Assembly (NCBI RefSeq): GCF_001194135.2 | Contig: NC_068982.1 | Span: 118,706,121 to 118,748,431, forward strand | Reading direction: 5' to 3' | DNA from: Octopus bimaculoides | Taxonomy: Eukaryota | DNA length: 42,311 nt | Shown: positions 26,116 through 38,790 of the stretch, piece by piece | Layout of the letters: every line of letters begins with the position of its first letter | How positions within the stretch are numbered: the first letter of the stretch is position 1 | The notes under the pieces: model-generated | The model's input: only the letters and a program-made list of their open reading frames with translations | What the model was told of the DNA's origin: nothing | Databases searched by the model: none | Made by a program: the position numbers and the translations under genes

Positions 26116-27730
26116 TATACATAAATAAAAACCAAAACTTTATTTGTGCTACAAAACAGTGGTGTACGTCGCAGTTGTCAAGCAGGTCAAATTTATAATT
26201 ATAAATGTCGAACTAGTGTAGTTACAAGAGTACGTGGAATGTGGTTTTGTTTTGAAATCAGAAAAAACTTTCTCTGTAACTCTATTAGATATGTGTTGCA
26301 TACGTGTGAGCCTGGTGACATTGCAAACAGTAACATTCTAAACAACTTAAGGTCACTAAGTACTGATGTAATCAGTAGCTGTCTCCAATACAGTGACGCT
26401 TATTCACTTACTGGATGTCGTGTTCTAGGTTTTCGTTCATTTATAATTCTTCTTAGAGATATTGGTTATATTATTTTGGCCTCAAGCCAATATTGAAATC
26501 AATTTTAATAACTAACTCTTATTTACTAGCAGCTACAATATCTCCATTTACGTTTCATCCTTTAGAATGCAGTCACCGAATCATTGCTAAGTTGACTTCC
26601 ATTGAATATCTGAATAGGAATCCATTGGTTCATATTTCTCAATCCATCAGTATATATAAGTGTTTTGCATTCCACAGTTATACAGGGAGTGGATTTGTTT
26701 AGAATTATTGAACACTCTAATGTGTATATAAATGCATTCTTTGAAATAATTTCTCTAAAAACTTATGTATGAGAGGTCTAAATTGTAATCTTTTTAAATC
26801 TTCAATTCTGATGATGAGACCATTAGGAAGTGTTTGCTGTGAATTGCATATACAAATACGCTCTACATTTTAGCTTCTTCAATAGCATTACTTCATTACT
26901 CCAGCTATTCGAAGTAACGGTACAAATTATATTGTACAATTTCTCAGATTTCATAATTTGATTTATACCATGTCATCTAGTATCTGAGTCTATTGTGCAC
27001 GTTACTTAGGCGCTATGCCTTGTTAAAAGAATGCAAGGCTTCACTTAAATCAGAAGATATTCTGATATATTTTTACATTTACTTAGTCTCGCAAATATCA
27101 ATTGATTGTGCAAATATCAATATTCCTATGTCACCCAGTTGAACTGATGTATATAAAACTTTCCGTGCGTAAATTGATGAAACTATATTGCTTCCTATTT
27201 AGCAATGGGGCTAGTGTTAACATTGATGTCATTAAATTTGCTGTAAATCTGATTATGTTTAATGCCTTTCAATTCTAAATTCGTTGATCCTTTTTTCTAG
27301 CACCTATGGCTTTTATCGATTTTGCAGAACATTTAGCGGAAGACATACAAAGTACTAACTAGATTTCCATGTATTAGTATGTATTCCATAAACTCAAAAG
27401 TTGTTAAATTGGTGAAGCTTAGTCTTACAGGCAAAGGTTCTAAAGTTTGTATTCCGCGAAACAAATCGTCAGAACAAATCACTGTTTATTTCAATACACA
27501 AACACACACACACTTACATATATGTGCGCACGTTTGTTTGTATATATGTCTCTCTCTCTCTTTCTCTCTTTCTCATTATCTAACTATATGTGTGTATATA
27601 AGTATATAGACAAATATACATATAATCATACACACATACATATATTTATGTATACATACACACAAACGCATATACTGCTATATATTTGTATATACATATA
27701 TATTATACATATGTGTATGTGTGTGTATAA

Positions 27731-27774
<44 letters not shown>

Positions 27775-30021
27775 GTGTATATGTGTGTATGTATATANNN
27801 NNNNNNNNNNNNNNNNNNNNNNNNNNNNNNNNNNNNNNNNNNNNNNNNNNNNNNNNNNNNNNNNNNNNNNNNNNNNNNNNNNNNNNNNNNNNNNNNNNNN
27901 NNNNNNNNNNNNNNNNNNNNNNNNNNNNNNNNNNNNNNNNNNNNNNNNNNNNNNNNNNNNNNNNNNNNNNNNNNNNNNNNNNNNNNNNNNNNNNNNNNNN
28001 NNNNNNNNNNNNNNNNNNNNNNNNNNNNNNNNNNNNNNNNNNNNNNNNNNNNNNNNNNNNNNNNNNNNNNNNNNNNNNNNNNNNNNNNNNNATAAACATA
28101 CATATATATATATGTGTGTGTGTGTGTATGTGTGTGTGTGTGTGTGTGTGTGTTTGTGTGTATATACATATACATATATATAATCACTGCATAATTGAAT
28201 TACTATTTGAAGTTAGGCGATTCTTTTTATTTTTTTCTCCGTCACACCTTCACTGCTTCTCACCCCTCAACTCCTGTACTAGACGTTATGGCACCACACT
28301 GATAAATTAGTATCAGCTAATCTGAAATTTCCGTACAGGACTGGATTCAATTCGACTGTAGAATTCGTGAATAAAGTGCTTAATTTCTAACTACATAAAC
28401 TGTATGACAGTTTCTTACACCGATGTTGGATACTTCTTCACACTTTGTCACGACGTGAAAGAAAGACGTATTTATTCAGGCATATATTCTCTCATCATCT
28501 TGCATCATTTTCCCACGGTAATAATTGATGTCGAGCATTCTAACCAACGTTACATTTCTTAGCATTCCTATCGACATACTGCTGGTCACAACATTCAGTT
28601 GAGATCAGTATTCAATAAATTGTCTTACCGAACCATATCATAAAAATTTTGCGTGAATAAAGACTAGCAATATTTGCTTTGGTTGCTTCATATTTTATGA
28701 TGTTTGTGCCTACGTGGAGAGACTTACATAATAGGCTAATTATATATTGTTATAATGCAATGCAATAGGTCTAACGCATTGGTCTTATTTTCCAGAATAT
28801 CTTATCGAAGACGAATTTTTTTATGTGCAATCAACCGATCTATTTGCGTCTCCTTGACTGTTCCTGCCTACATTCAGTTGTGACATATTACCGTATTTTA
28901 AATTCTAGCAACAATTCCTAGATTTTCATTCCATTCATAGATATATATATATAGACATGAAATTGGAAAATGTATTGAAATTCAATGTATTCAGACGTGA
29001 CATATATTTAGTAAATATTTTCTTATTAATAATATTTATTTGCCAACTCTATGGCGCAGCAAATCGATACACAGGAAATATTTAAATATCCACATGTGCT
29101 AGTTGAATATTTTGTCTCGAGCATATAATGAAAGGAAAAGCTTTATTTTCCGCTCGTTATATCATAAAACAAAGCTACATAGAACAAGAATGATGGAAGG
29201 TCGCACCTCCCAATATTGGCCATTATCGATATTTCTTAATGCGTAAGACTTCACGTATGGAATGGATAAACTGATAGTCATCTTAAATAGAAGTACAACA
29301 TGATGAGCTATGTTGTGTAAATGTATTTCCTGTAAATAATATTTGCAGGCAGTTACTTTAAAATGAGAGAATGTTTAATAGAGCTTGAATAATATGATCA
29401 CTTCCTTTACAACGCCTATGATTAGGTTCTACAAAATAATGTTCCACAAACTCCTTAAATCTTCTAAAATTTAGAGAACATGTGACGGTACCGCCTTGTC
29501 TATACACACGCAATAGCTCGGAATAATGCCTAAATGTCATATGATCGGTATATAACATCAAGACATGCAAATATATAGCAACGAGTTATAGTGTTTCAAT
29601 GGCCCTCATACATGAATATTTCATAGAATTTACTGTGGCAAAATTTTAATGCGTCAACTAAAAAGTCTAATAAAATTGTCGTTGGTATTTTAGCTGGTGT
29701 TTTGTAATCCACCAGCTTCACATATCTCGAAATATTGTATTAGTTGGGCGTTGGTGGAATAAGGATTGTCTTCAAAACTTTTATCCAATGAAGCTTTCAT
29801 TGGAAGTGTATAATAATTTCTAATGCTAGAATATTATTTGATATTTATGTCGAACCTATTCATAAAATATGAAATTATGTTCATTTCTAAAACTGACTAA
29901 ACAATTAAAATTTTCACATGTAAGACCTGTCGATTAAGTCTCATAAAACAATTAGTTTGTGCCTAAGTAGTTCTTACTACCATGAAAAAGCTAGGGATAA
30001 GGACAAATAGTGATAATGATG

Positions 30022-30087
<66 letters not shown>

Positions 30088-30138
30088 GTAATAGTAATAA
30101 TAATAATAACAATAGTAATAATAATAATAATAATAATA

Positions 30139-30183
<45 letters not shown>
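30022..30183. repeat. (AAT)n array directly abutting an inverted (TAT)n array
   Basis: Junction aataat|tattatt at 30140/30141. Confidence 0.95.
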
Positions 30184-30185
<2 letters not shown>

Positions 30186-30240
30186 TGTTCAGTAGTTTTA
30201 TTTTTATAACGTGCTTTCACTTCACTACCGAGCGCAGCTC
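30184..30240 (-). mobile_element. 3' terminus of an R4/Dong-type LINE with (TAA)n tail, running into the gap
   Basis: The - strand reads gagctgcgctcggtagtgaagtgaaagcacgttataaaaataaaactactgaacag then (taa)n. I recognise this from memory as an octopus Dong-like 3' UTR and have not verified it by search. Confidence 0.5.
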
Positions 30241-31031
30241 NNNNNNNNNNNNNNNNNNNNNNNNNNNNNNNNNNNNNNNNNNNNNNNNNNNNNNNNNNNN
30301 NNNNNNNNNNNNNNNNNNNNNNNNNNNNNNNNNNNNNNNNNNNNNNNNNNNNNNNNNNNNNNNNNNNNNNNNNNNNNNNNNNNNNNNNNNNNNNNNNNNN
30401 NNNNNNNNNNNNNNNNNNNNNNNNNNNNNNNNNNNNNNNNNNNNNNNNNNNNNNNNNNNNNNNNNNNNNNNNNNNNNNNNNNNNNNNNNNNNNNNNNNNN
30501 NNNNNNNNNNNNNNNNNNNNNNNNNNNNNNNNNNNNNNNNNNNNNNNNNNNNNNNNNNNNNNNNNNNNNNNNNNNNNNNNNNNNNNNNNNNNNNNNNNNN
30601 NNNNNNNNNNNNNNNNNNNNNNNNNNNNNNNNNNNNNNNNNNNNNNNNNNNNNNNNNNNNNNNNNNNNNNNNNNNNNNNNNNNNNNNNNNNNNNNNNNNN
30701 NNNNNNNNNNNNNNNNNNNNNNNNNNNNNNNNNNNNNNNNNNNNNNNNNNNNNNNNNNNNNNNNNNNNNNNNNNNNNNNNNNNNNNNNNNNNNNNNNNNN
30801 NNNNNNNNNNNNNNNNNNNNNNNNNNNNNNNNNNNNNNNNNNNNNNNNNNNNNNNNNNNNNNNNNNNNNNNNNNNNNNNNNNNNNNNNNNNNNNNNNNNN
30901 NNNNNNNNNNNNNNNNNNNNNNNNNNNNNNNNNNNNNNNNNNNNNNNNNNNNNNNNNNNNNNNNNNNNNNNNNNNNNNNNNNNNNNNNNNNNNNNNNNNN
31001 NNNNTATTTGTTAGGTAGATTATTATTATTA

Positions 31032-31119
<88 letters not shown>

Positions 31120-31123
31120 CTTT

Positions 31124-31437
31124 ATTATGGAAAAGATGAAGGCTAAGTCAGTTCTCTCGTTGATACGGTGTATACTTTCAGTGCTGATGTCAGAATGGAG
31201 CTGGGACTGAGAAACTGCGCAGTGTTAGTCTTGAAGAGAGGCAAAATCAAATGTATGGACGGGCTAACAATACCGTCGGAGGAGGTTATGAAGAAGATAG
31301 AAGAGACGGGCTTAAAGGACTTGGGGATTTGGGAAATGGAAAAATTGCTAGAGAAAGAAATGACAGAAAAGATATGGGGAAATACTTGCGCAGACTGAGA
31401 CTGATCCTTAAGTCAAAATTAACCGGACGGAATAGGA

Positions 31438-31439
<2 letters not shown>
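31124..31439 (+). mobile_element. Internal RT C-terminal fragment of an R4/Dong-type LINE embedded in (TTA)n
   Basis: YGKDEG*VSSLVDTVYTFSADVRMELGLRNCAVLVLKRGKI...KDLGIWE...EKEMTEKI, then after a frameshift KYLRRLRLILKSKLTGRNRI. This closely matches the R4/Dong pattern FSxDIxMxFGLxKCA...YKYLG...EYxRRxRxxLKSKLNGxN. Confidence 0.88.
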
Positions 31440-31530
<91 letters not shown>

Positions 31531-32013
31531 NNNNNNNNNNNNNNNNNNNNNNNNNNNNNNNNNNNNNNNNNNNNNNNNNNNNNNNNNNNNNNNNNNNNNN
31601 NNNNNNNNNNNNNNNNNNNNNNNNNNNNNNNNNNNNNNNNNNNNNNNNNNNNNNNNNNNNNNNNNNNNNNNNNNNNNNNNNNNNNNNNNNNNNNNNNNNN
31701 NNNNNNNNNNNNNNNNNNNNNNNNNNNNNNNNNNNNNNNNNNNNNNNNNNNNNNNNNNNNNNNNNNNNNNNNNNNNNNNNNNNNNNNNNNNNNNNNNNNN
31801 NNNNNNNNNNNNNNNNNNNNNNNNNNNNNNNNNNNNNNNNNNNNNNNNNNNNNNNNNNNNNNNNNNNNNNNNNNNNNNNNNNNNNNNNNNNNNNNNNNNN
31901 NNNNNNNNNNNNNNNNNNNNNNNNNNNNNNNNNNNNNNNNNNNNNNNNNNNNNNNNNNNNNNNNNNNNNNNNNNNNNNNNNNNNNNNNNNNNNNNNNNNN
32001 NNNNNNNNNNNNT

Positions 32014-32031
32014 GTTATTATTATTATTATT

Positions 32032-32070
<39 letters not shown>

Positions 32071-32098
32071 TTCATCATCATTATCATCATCATCATCA

Positions 32099-32187
<89 letters not shown>

Positions 32188-32200
32188 ATTGTTGCTGTTG
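32014..32200. repeat. Compound trinucleotide array (TTA)n-(TCA)n-(TTA)n-(TTG)n
   Basis: Directly visible. Confidence 0.95.
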
Positions 32201-32766
32201 TTAATAAGTAAGTAAATAAATAAAACAAAAAAATAGGTAAGGAGTTTGGCGAAATGGGCACCTCTAGTGGTAGTTGAACTTGTGGAACTCAATGGGAATT
32301 GGGGTTGCGATGACGTCTCTTTGTTTCGGTGTGACATGTGCATCTTCCTTCCTAGCTCCTTATTCGATATACAATGTAGATACGTACGTGTAGCACATAT
32401 TACGAAGTTACTTTGGCAGCTAAGATTTACAGAACAGATATTCAATGAATTTACTCATTTATATAAATATAACGTTTAAGCTATATTTATATATATTTCA
32501 CATATTGAGGTTATTACATAGAATTATAAATTTAGCTCCATAGCATCAGGACACATTTGTATATAATTAGAATTCCTTACACGGGAAAAATAATTAAATA
32601 CGCTGTAGAGATGTCCAATAGGAAATATATAGCTTGGGCTGTTTTGAACGGAAGGTCTGAAAAGAAATAGTCATTTGGTAAAATTCAGATTTTTTTTTTT
32701 TGGGGGGGGGGGCTGCTAATATTCAGAAAGTAAATATCTGTAAAAACCTTTCGAAATATGTTAGAA

Positions 32767-32826
32767 AGAGCGTATCTCTTACACTGTGATGAAGTAGAGC
32801 GTATCTCTTACACTGTGATGAAGTAG
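32767..32826. repeat. Perfect 29-bp tandem duplication
   Basis: agagcgtatctcttacactgtgatgaagt occurs twice, followed by ag. Confidence 0.95.
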
Positions 32827-32888
32827 AATTCTCCTCATATAAAGCCAACGGAACAGTGCAGGAAAAGTGAAGAACGTCAACAGCATCA

Positions 32889-32939
32889 ATGGCAGAAGAT
32901 ACTGATTCTTTATTAGAGGAGCATGCCAGAAATCTAAAG
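32889..32939 (+). CDS. Candidate first coding exon MAEDTDSLLEEHARNLK (phase 0)
   Basis: ATG in context gcatcaATGG, an in-frame TGA just upstream, and a strong donor AAG|gtgaga. Confidence 0.35.
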
Positions 32940-34444
32940 GTGAGATTTTTTCCTCTTGGCCGTATGAGCAAAATCATATTTGGCTCAATTGGTCGAACCC
33001 AAGTGGACAGTAAACACTGGGTTTTGATATTCTCGGAGTATGGTCATTCGTTTTCATAGACTTTATACTTCCACTTTTCTACCCCAAACTTTCTGTAATA
33101 CATCTTCCCTATCCTTATACATGTCTTTCTTCTTTCGTTTCGCAACATTTGTCGTTTTGTATTTACTTTTCTTATGTATGCATGTATCGATGTCAGTTTT
33201 CCTAATTATAGTTTTTTCGATAAGAAAATCGTTTTTTCACTTTCGAAAAACTGTGCGTTTTTACAATCGTTTTAGTTATACTCAAATATTTTAGTTAAAT
33301 CTAAATATCTCCATTACATTTTAAATTTGATCATATTTATGCACTCTAAGGACATGATTTCGCAGAAGCATTACGATATCAGACAATTAACCTGAAACTC
33401 TAAATACCTTTTAAATTCTAAATAACTGTTGCTTTACGTTATGAAGTATATAATTAAACAGATATCTGGTTCATACTTAAAGAATCCAGATAAATTTTCG
33501 TTCTATTTCTTAGGAGAAACAGATTACTATTCAGATTCAATTTTACATGCTTGCAATATAACGCTACAATAATTATTATTATGCAGAGGTTATCAATCCA
33601 TTATAATATGCGAGATCGAAATCAAAATTACAGAACCCATATGCTAACGTACATTAATACAGCACAAGGCCATTTGTGGTCCAGAAATTTCATATGAGGC
33701 GGTGGCTAACACCTGAAAACGGATGGCAGTAAACAGAAATTGCTTAAGTGGAGTGTTGAGTAACGGGGGACCATCTAAATTTCTTACGTTATTCTCAACT
33801 GACTTCACGTACATGCACTTGTTAAGCCTTCTAGATTTAGTATTCAATATTAAAACATTTCTAAAAGTCAAATCATATCCGATATTCATTGCGGATATTC
33901 GAAGTATGAACTATACTCCTCACTCCAACTATGTTGTAATAATCAATGAAATAGATTTGCTGCCAGCTGCAAGAAAATAGTTCCCAACATGTGTTAATTA
34001 TTTTCAGGACCAATATCAGGTTATACGAATTTCGTCGAATAAACAGCGGAATAATGTCTACAATCACACAATTTCATCTTAACAAGCTCATATATTAAAT
34101 TAATGTGCAAATCCTAACTACAGCATTAATAAGTACTGTTGTAGGTAGTTCTAGTCTGAAAAAGTCCGACGGCGAATAACTTTCAATCAAATATAAAATG
34201 ATATAAAATAAACGACAATATAGTATTTTTTAAAAGCACATATAATTGTATTTGCACCTAATCTAATGAAATTATGCTCACTTAATGCATCATCTCAGAC
34301 AGAATTCCCAACGGGTTGATATATATATATATATATATATAATAGGTACATGTATATATATAAATACATATACAAACACATGCATACACACAGAGATACA
34401 CACACATACGCATACGCACACGTACACATACACACACAAGCACG

Positions 34445-34525
<81 letters not shown>

Positions 34526-34730
34526 TTATACATGCCAATACATATTTTATTTTATTTCAAGTTCATGAAAGAACAAACAACCTAGTAGCAAATTTGATAT
34601 TTTTTGCTCACACATGTTACTTTAGAGAATGCAAAATTTGTGAATATTTTCGCATGGTTTATTATACTTCATTAGTACGATTCATATACATATATATGTG
34701 TATGTATTCACGTGCATATATTTAAAATAC

Positions 34731-34763
<33 letters not shown>

Positions 34764-36168
34764 TAAATATATTATATATATATACGATATATAGGTACAC
34801 ACACACACACACACACACACACANNNNNNNNNNNNNNNNNNNNNNNNNNNNNNNNNNNNNNNNNNNNNNNNNNNNNNNNNNNNNNNNNNNNNNNNNNNNN
34901 NNNNNNNNNNNNNNNNNNNNNNNNNNNNNNNNNNNNNNNNNNNNNNNNNNNNNNNNNNNNNNNNNNNNNNNNNNNNNNNNNNNNNNNNNNNNNNNNNNNN
35001 NNNNNNNNNNNNNNNNNNNNNNNNNNNNNNNNNNNNNNNNNNNNNNNNNNNNNNNNNNNNNNNNNNNNNNNNNNNNNNNNNNNNNNNNNNNNNNNNNNNN
35101 NNNNNNNNNNNNNNNNNNNNNNNNNNNNNNNNNNNNNNNNNNNNNNNNNNNNNNNNNNNNNNNNNNNNNNNNNNNNNNNNNNNNNNNNNNNNNNNNNNNN
35201 NNNNNNNNNNNNNNNNNNNNNNNNNNNNNNNNNNNNNNNNNNNNNNNNNNNNNNNNNNNNNNNNNNNNNNNNNNNNNNNNNNNNNNNNNNNNNNNNNNNN
35301 NNNNNNNNNNNNNNNNNNNNNNNNNNNNNNNNNNNNNNNNNNNNNNNNNNNNNNNNNNNNNNNNNNNNNNNNNNNNNNNNNNNNNNNNNNNNNNNNNNNN
35401 NNNNNNNNNNNNNNNNNNNNNNNNNNNNNNNNNNNNNNNNNNNNNNNNNNNNNNNNNNNNNNNNNNNNNNNNNNNNNNNNNNNNNNNNNNNNNNNNNNNN
35501 NNNNNNNNNNNNNNNNNNNNNNNNNNNNNNNNNNNNNNNNNNNNNNNNNNNNNNNNNNNNNNNNNNNNNNNNNNNNNNNNNNNNNNNNNNNNNNNNNNNN
35601 NNNNNNNNNNNNNNNNNNNNNNNNNNNNNNNNNNNNNNNNNNNNNNNNNNNNNNNNNNNNNNNNNNNNNNNNNNNNNNNNNNNNNNNNNNNNNNNNNNNN
35701 NNNNNNNNNNNNNNNNNNNNNNNNNNNNNNNNNNNNNNNNNNNNNNNNNNNNNNNNNNNNNNNNNNNNNNNNNNNNNNNNNNNNNNNNNNNNNNNNNNNN
35801 NNNNNNNNNNNNACATTTTTATCTGGCGAACATACTAGTTCACAATATTAGAATGCAAATAAAGATAACTGCCTATATATAAAATACTGTTTCATTTACT
35901 GTACACGAAGGCCAAAAAATTGAAGGCTTTACATATATATATATATATATATATCATTCATCATGGCAGATCGCTACCCACTACACCTTCTTTTTTTCTC
36001 TCCTTGTTTCTCTTTTTGTTTCTTTCTGTGTTCCTATCTGTGGAGGAACGTAGGCTCGAAACGTTAAAGACTTTTTCACTTCCCGATCGTTATACTAATA
36101 CATCTGTTTGTTTTTTACACCACCTGTCTTCACCTCTTTTTTTGTGAATTCTCCCGGTATATATATAC

Positions 36169-36171
<3 letters not shown>

Positions 36172-36257
<86 letters not shown>

Positions 36258-36315
36258 TATGTGTGTGTGTATGGGTGTGTGTGTGTGTGTGCGTGCGTGT
36301 GTGTGCGTGTGTATA
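36172..36315. repeat. (GT)n microsatellite
   Basis: Directly visible. Confidence 0.95.
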
Positions 36316-36559
36316 CTCATCCAGAGAGTTCAGATAAAATTGCTTCTAATCCCGTTTTGCAATTGCTATATAGACTATAGTTACTGAGCTCAGGCTCACT
36401 TACCACCTAAAACTACTACTTGAACTGCAGTTAAAGCAAAGCAGTGCTGCAGCTGCCTAGTAGTGACAGCCTATAAATAGTTTATTATTCAACGGGTACT
36501 GTGCAGTAGAAGCATTGAACAGATATTTACATATAATCGCAGAGCTTTTTCAATAGATT

Positions 36560-37300
36560 TATGAAAATAGCGTGGGACATATAAATAAAGGAGTAAGGAG
36601 TTGTTCAGATTGTGTCATACACCTGTTTCAAGAATAGATGCGCATTTGGTAAATTTCTTAGCGGAAGAATATAGGCTTTCCTTATAATAGCGGCTATTTC
36701 ATCTTCAGGAAGGAAAAATGAGGCTGATCCTTATTATTTTTTGCGGTAGTTAGCGGATCTGTCGTGGTACGGAATGTGTTAGTGGATCTGTCGTGGTAAG
36801 GAATAGAAAGTTATTTGGGTCTAATAAGGAGTGGAAGGGAACGATAGTATCATAAATGTATGAAGTAGAGAGAGACTAACATTTATAGCTAGTGATACAT
36901 AGACATATAGAAGTGAAGAGTTAGAAGATGATATGGGTACATATATTCATACATACGCACATACGTATATACATACATACATACATATATACAAACAAAC
37001 GCATAAACGCACACATACACATTTTATATGTAATGAATAGGGTATACAGAAATGGGAAGGGGAGGTTCAATGATAAGATAAGATGAAGACCCCATGTATA
37101 ATGGCAAAGACCTTACTTACAATGGTGATGTCCAGTGTGATGATTTATGAGAAATATAAGTGGCGAGGGAAAGAGTTTGAGAGATGTAAACAAAATACAG
37201 AAAGTAACCATACCGTAGCAATTTGGCGTTGCTTTTCAAGCACTGACTTTGGAAATAGAGGAGTTATAGTATGTATCCGGAGGAAAGGCAAACGAGTAGA
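36560..37300 (-). mobile_element. Possible highly decayed I/Jockey-group LINE remnant (APE C-terminus and RT N-terminus)
   Basis: The - strand reads TLDITIVS (cf. xLDLTxxS) and later LRNLPNAHLFLKQVYDTI*TT (cf. LKxLP...LxxxYNxIW). The similarity is weak and judged by eye. Confidence 0.35.
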
Positions 37301-37867
37301 GATTTAAATGCGGTCAGTGTTAACACCAATCAGTTTCTGTCGTAATGTGCAGTAAGATGAAAGAATTCAGATAAAATGATATATGACATAATAAAATGAT
37401 ATAAAGTAAATTTATTTACTTAATTTAACTTATATTTAATTTAAATAAGTAACATAAATTGTAAATTGCGTGAAGAATGTAAATGGAATAGGTAATCGGC
37501 ATAGAATTTAAGTAACGTATAACTTGTTAAAAGACATGAAATAAAAGTAAACAAAATAAGATAAACTGAGTATATTAATTTCATTTAATTTAAAGAAGTT
37601 CAATAGGATAGATGAGTTTATACAGTGTTTCTGGTTTGTTCAAATGAGAGTAATATGTGAAAGAATTATATAGAAAGACTCATATTACTGTATTTAGATT
37701 GCAGGAAGTTATGAATACAAGTGTATTCGTGTTGTTTATTTAATAATTGTACCGTGTTATGCAATAATACCGTTGTGTGTGTACGTGTCTGTGTTTGTGT
37801 GCGTGTGTATGTGTGTGTGTGTGTGTGTGTATGTGTGCGCACGCGCGCATACATATACATCTATAGC

Positions 37868-38075
37868 TGTAGGAGTGACACTGCAGGACTGGGTTTGCTT
37901 TTCATTCACGTTGTTCCGGGTTCAGTCCCATTGTGTGTTACCTTGCACGTCTTCTATTGTAGCCCCAGCCACCAAAGCCTTATTGGCAGATTTGGTAGAG
38001 CAAAGAAAAATGAAGACCGTCGAAGTGATATAAATATATGTGATAGTGTGTGTGTTTGTGAGTGAGTATTTGTGT
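37868..38075 (+). mobile_element. Second tRNA-derived SINE family with (GT)n tail
   Basis: gttccgggttcagtccca (B-box-like), then gtcttctattgtagccc, ccaaagcctt and gatttggtaga, ending in GT repeats. Confidence 0.75.
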
Positions 38076-38080
38076 GTGTG

Positions 38081-38150
38081 TGAGGGCACATGGCTTAGTG
38101 GCTACTCTGTTGCACTTACGAAGTAACGATCATGATTTCAGTTCAAACAT
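38081..38150 (+). mobile_element. Head fragment of a third tRNA-like SINE
   Basis: tggcttagtgg A-box-like motif followed by a decayed B-box region. Truncated where the Penelope fragment begins. Confidence 0.4.
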
Positions 38151-38790
38151 TACGCATCAAAGCACCAAGGTAAACAAAACGTAACACCACACCACCAAGC
38201 ACTACCGTATATATCAACTCACACCTCTAGAAACAATGGGGCATACAATGCTGTTGCACAAAATCTTCTTGTGATGACTAGGGATCCAAAAATGAGCAAC
38301 ACTCTGAAAACACATACATTCATCACATACAAAAAGCAACACAAATCGCTGAAACGACATTTGACAAATGCGAAGATTTACACAGCAATCACGAAGCCAA
38401 TGGTTAAAAAATGTGAACGCCCAAACTGTGGTATATGCCCCAACATGATGGAAGGCTCAGCATTCCTAATTCAAACAAGGAGAGATGTTCACAATTAGAA
38501 CCAACTTCACTTGTGGTTGTGAGAATCTAATTTATGTTATAACTTATTCAGGTTGTGGACATAACTACATAAGATAGACAAGTATAGCGTAGGCGGAGAA
38601 CAACACTGCATAAGGAACAGATAGGTTCCTTACAGTACAGACTGAAGACACAGAAAGATCTACAGGTAATATCCAACCAAACATCGCAGTTTTCGCCATC
38701 TACCAGCCCAAAGAAACAATTTCTGTACAAGAACATTTGAATAAAGTACATTTATCGAAAAATACAGAACGCGACTCAATATGGCCTCAG
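38150..38790 (+). mobile_element. Penelope-like element 3' part: linker, Cys motif and GIY-YIG endonuclease, inactivated
   Basis: ALPYISTH, KSLKRHLTNAK, KKCERPNCGIC, FTIRTNFTCGCENLIYVITYSGCGHNYIR*TS, RTTLHKEQI and FIEKYRTRLN occur in order across frameshifts. Confidence 0.85.

Noticed and set aside
26146-26496. 116-aa Cys-containing ORF just after the CR1 tail
   Set aside because: No ATG start, no good splice sites and no recognisable family. It may be chance or unidentified TE debris.
33644-33980. Overlapping 81-85 aa ORFs on both strands
   Set aside because: No motifs or splice boundaries that I could support.
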